Shown here piece after piece: positions 62,401 to 64,000 of a stretch of 64,000 nt of DNA. Position 1 is the first letter of the stretch. Each line of letters starts with the position of its first letter. Source of the DNA: Trichosphaerium sp. ATCC 40318 (lineage: Eukaryota; Protista; Tubulinea). A program made the translations under genes and the position numbers. The notes below the pieces were generated by a model. That model was not told the origin of the DNA. It ran no database searches and saw only the letters and a program-made list of their open reading frames with translations. Location of the stretch: positions 1 through 64,000 of the forward strand of contig JALMLS010000500.1 in NCBI GenBank assembly GCA_038496445.1, written 5' to 3'.

Positions 62401-64000
62401 AGAATCTACTAAAGGAGCTCTAGCCAAAAAACTTTGGGTACACGTTTCGGATAAATATGAAAAAGCTTTAGTTCTAAGACCGAATGACTGGAAAGCTTTA
62501 TGGAAATGGGGCACGTCTACTGTTGTTGATACTTTTAATTTACAATATTCATAGGTACAGCACTTTGTACAAGAGCAAAGAAAGCATCACGGAGGGACTT
62601 ACAAGTATTGTTAAGTAGTGCTTGTAAGAAACTACAACGTGCTACTGATATTGTATTTGAAGAAAAGTTAGAAGTTGATAATGTATGTTTGTATAATCTA
62701 CTGTATAATACTGGCAACGCACACCTGCGGTACGAATATTGTTATTTAAGTGCTTTGTTTTGGGGTATCACTCACATCAACTAAGGTATGCTCGCTTTCT
62801 AATGGGCCTGGACTCGTCCCGCTCTAGGGTCGTAGTACCTAGACCTAAGCTCAATATCAAGGTTAACAAACTTTTATCCGATGGTATGTGATTGTGTTAA
62901 CTATTGCTGCTAACTTGTTTGTCCAGCTGCCAAGGCGTTTCAAAAGGCGTTGGAAGTTAATGAAAATGCTGCTGATGTGTACCATAATCTAGCAGCAACA
63001 CTGGTATGTCATGAAATAACAATCACTTATTATTTATTATTATCATAGGCAACGTCAGCTCGTGTTGCTGCAACTGATGCTGACACAAATGTTCTTTTTG
63101 GAAAAGCTTTTTTAACTTTTGGAAAAGCACTAGACATGGATCCCAATAATACTGATATTTTGGTATGCCTTTTCACGTGATAGCTGTTATTTACGTTTAA
63201 TAGAGTAATTGGGGCACAGCACATTTTAGACAAGGTCAAATGCAATACATTGAAGACAAAGAAAAGTCACATAAGACTTTTGTTAGCGCAGCACAAAAAT
63301 ATGCAGATGCATTTAAAAGTTCTTTTGGATTCAACAAGGTAACCTCTCACACATTCAAGTACCAACTCAATTTATGCTTTTATAGGATGCGTTTAGTAAT
63401 CTTGGGTACGCACTGCTTATGTGCTCAAAAACAACACCACAACAGGTACTTAACTTTCTTTTCTTATTTCATTCTTAACTTGTGTCCTGTTACTAAAAAA
63501 ATACTTGTAGGTTGATGGTGATGTTCACGCAGGCTTAACGCGATGTTTTGAATGTTACATTGAAGCGATCAAGTCAAAAGTTGGGAAAAAAGGTAACGAG
63601 AAAAATACTCGTGGTTTTTTTTCTACTAGGTAACGGAGTTGACTTTTGATTCCCTAGAATTTTCTCGCGAAGCCAAATATGTCGTCAAAGAATACGTTTC
63701 CAAAGGAACATCGTTAGACCTTGTTCAAGAAGCTCGTGAGGTTCTTCTATTACTAGACAGGCTCAATCCAAGATCAAAGACAAATGATACTGAAGAAGAG
63801 TACAATTTAGATTTGAATAGCCTTGGAGGTGTTGTGGGTACTGAAACTGAAAGCACAGAGAATATAGTGCACACACCAACAAAAGAAAAGAAAGCAAATA
63901 GAAAACCACCACATAACGTAAAGAAGATCAGCAGTAGGAGAAAGAAGAAAAGGGACAGAGGCAGTTCTAAACGCCGCACAAACACTGACTTGGGCGATAC
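59461..64000 (+). CDS. Clu-domain plus TPR-repeat protein, runs off the window
   Basis: Motifs DWNKEFQ, VGGMAGGEKF..HGIMFK, HELRA, L.YGS.DAG.T, DLEGHVG.D, DLARTFPP, YRLFRPEF, PLSSDAFS and LHLRGLNLRYL. TPRs with KPDDHRAL.NWA and WGTAL follow. Confidence 0.9.

Noticed and set aside
5403-64000. Non-standard genetic code or mass pseudogenisation suggested by fragmented ORFs
   Set aside because: The breaks are explained by short spliceosomal introns, and TAA, TAG and TGA all terminate conserved genes.
1-64000. tRNA, rRNA or other structured RNA genes
   Set aside because: None was recognisable by eye. A tRNAscan/Infernal run is needed to exclude small intronic snoRNAs.

Overview
Gene-dense, intron-rich eukaryotic DNA in the standard code. 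Introns are mostly 40-80 nt with GTACG/GTAAG donors and CTAAC-like branch points. Gene content (Clu-TPR, DEP-RapGAP, RasGAP, EF-hand type II NAD(P)H dehydrogenase) and TTAGGG-type repeats suggest a free-living protist, plausibly an amoebozoan (inference). Bases 1-5400 are an AT-rich repeat compartment. It holds the 3' end of an OTU deubiquitinase gene, telomere-like palindromes, a ~3.1 kb foldback structure and a 640-bp TTAA-flanked MITE. The foldback's ~920-bp arms are ~45-bp higher-order arrays carrying the GCGAAGC DNA mini-hairpin. Bases 5400-64000 hold about 24 protein genes, many as head-to-head pairs with tiny shared promoters. Standout protein-level oddities are a DNA polymerase alpha whose C-terminal zinc-finger domain has lost all eight metal-binding cysteines, a RasGAP with a second catalytically dead GAP domain, a triple-chromodomain protein, a membrane-anchored stand-alone E2-like acyltransferase and an F-box/MORN protein of giant-virus style. 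Splicing oddities include a U12-type intron, several GC-AG introns and a 6-nt micro-exon. Exon structures and counts were read by eye and need computational confirmation.
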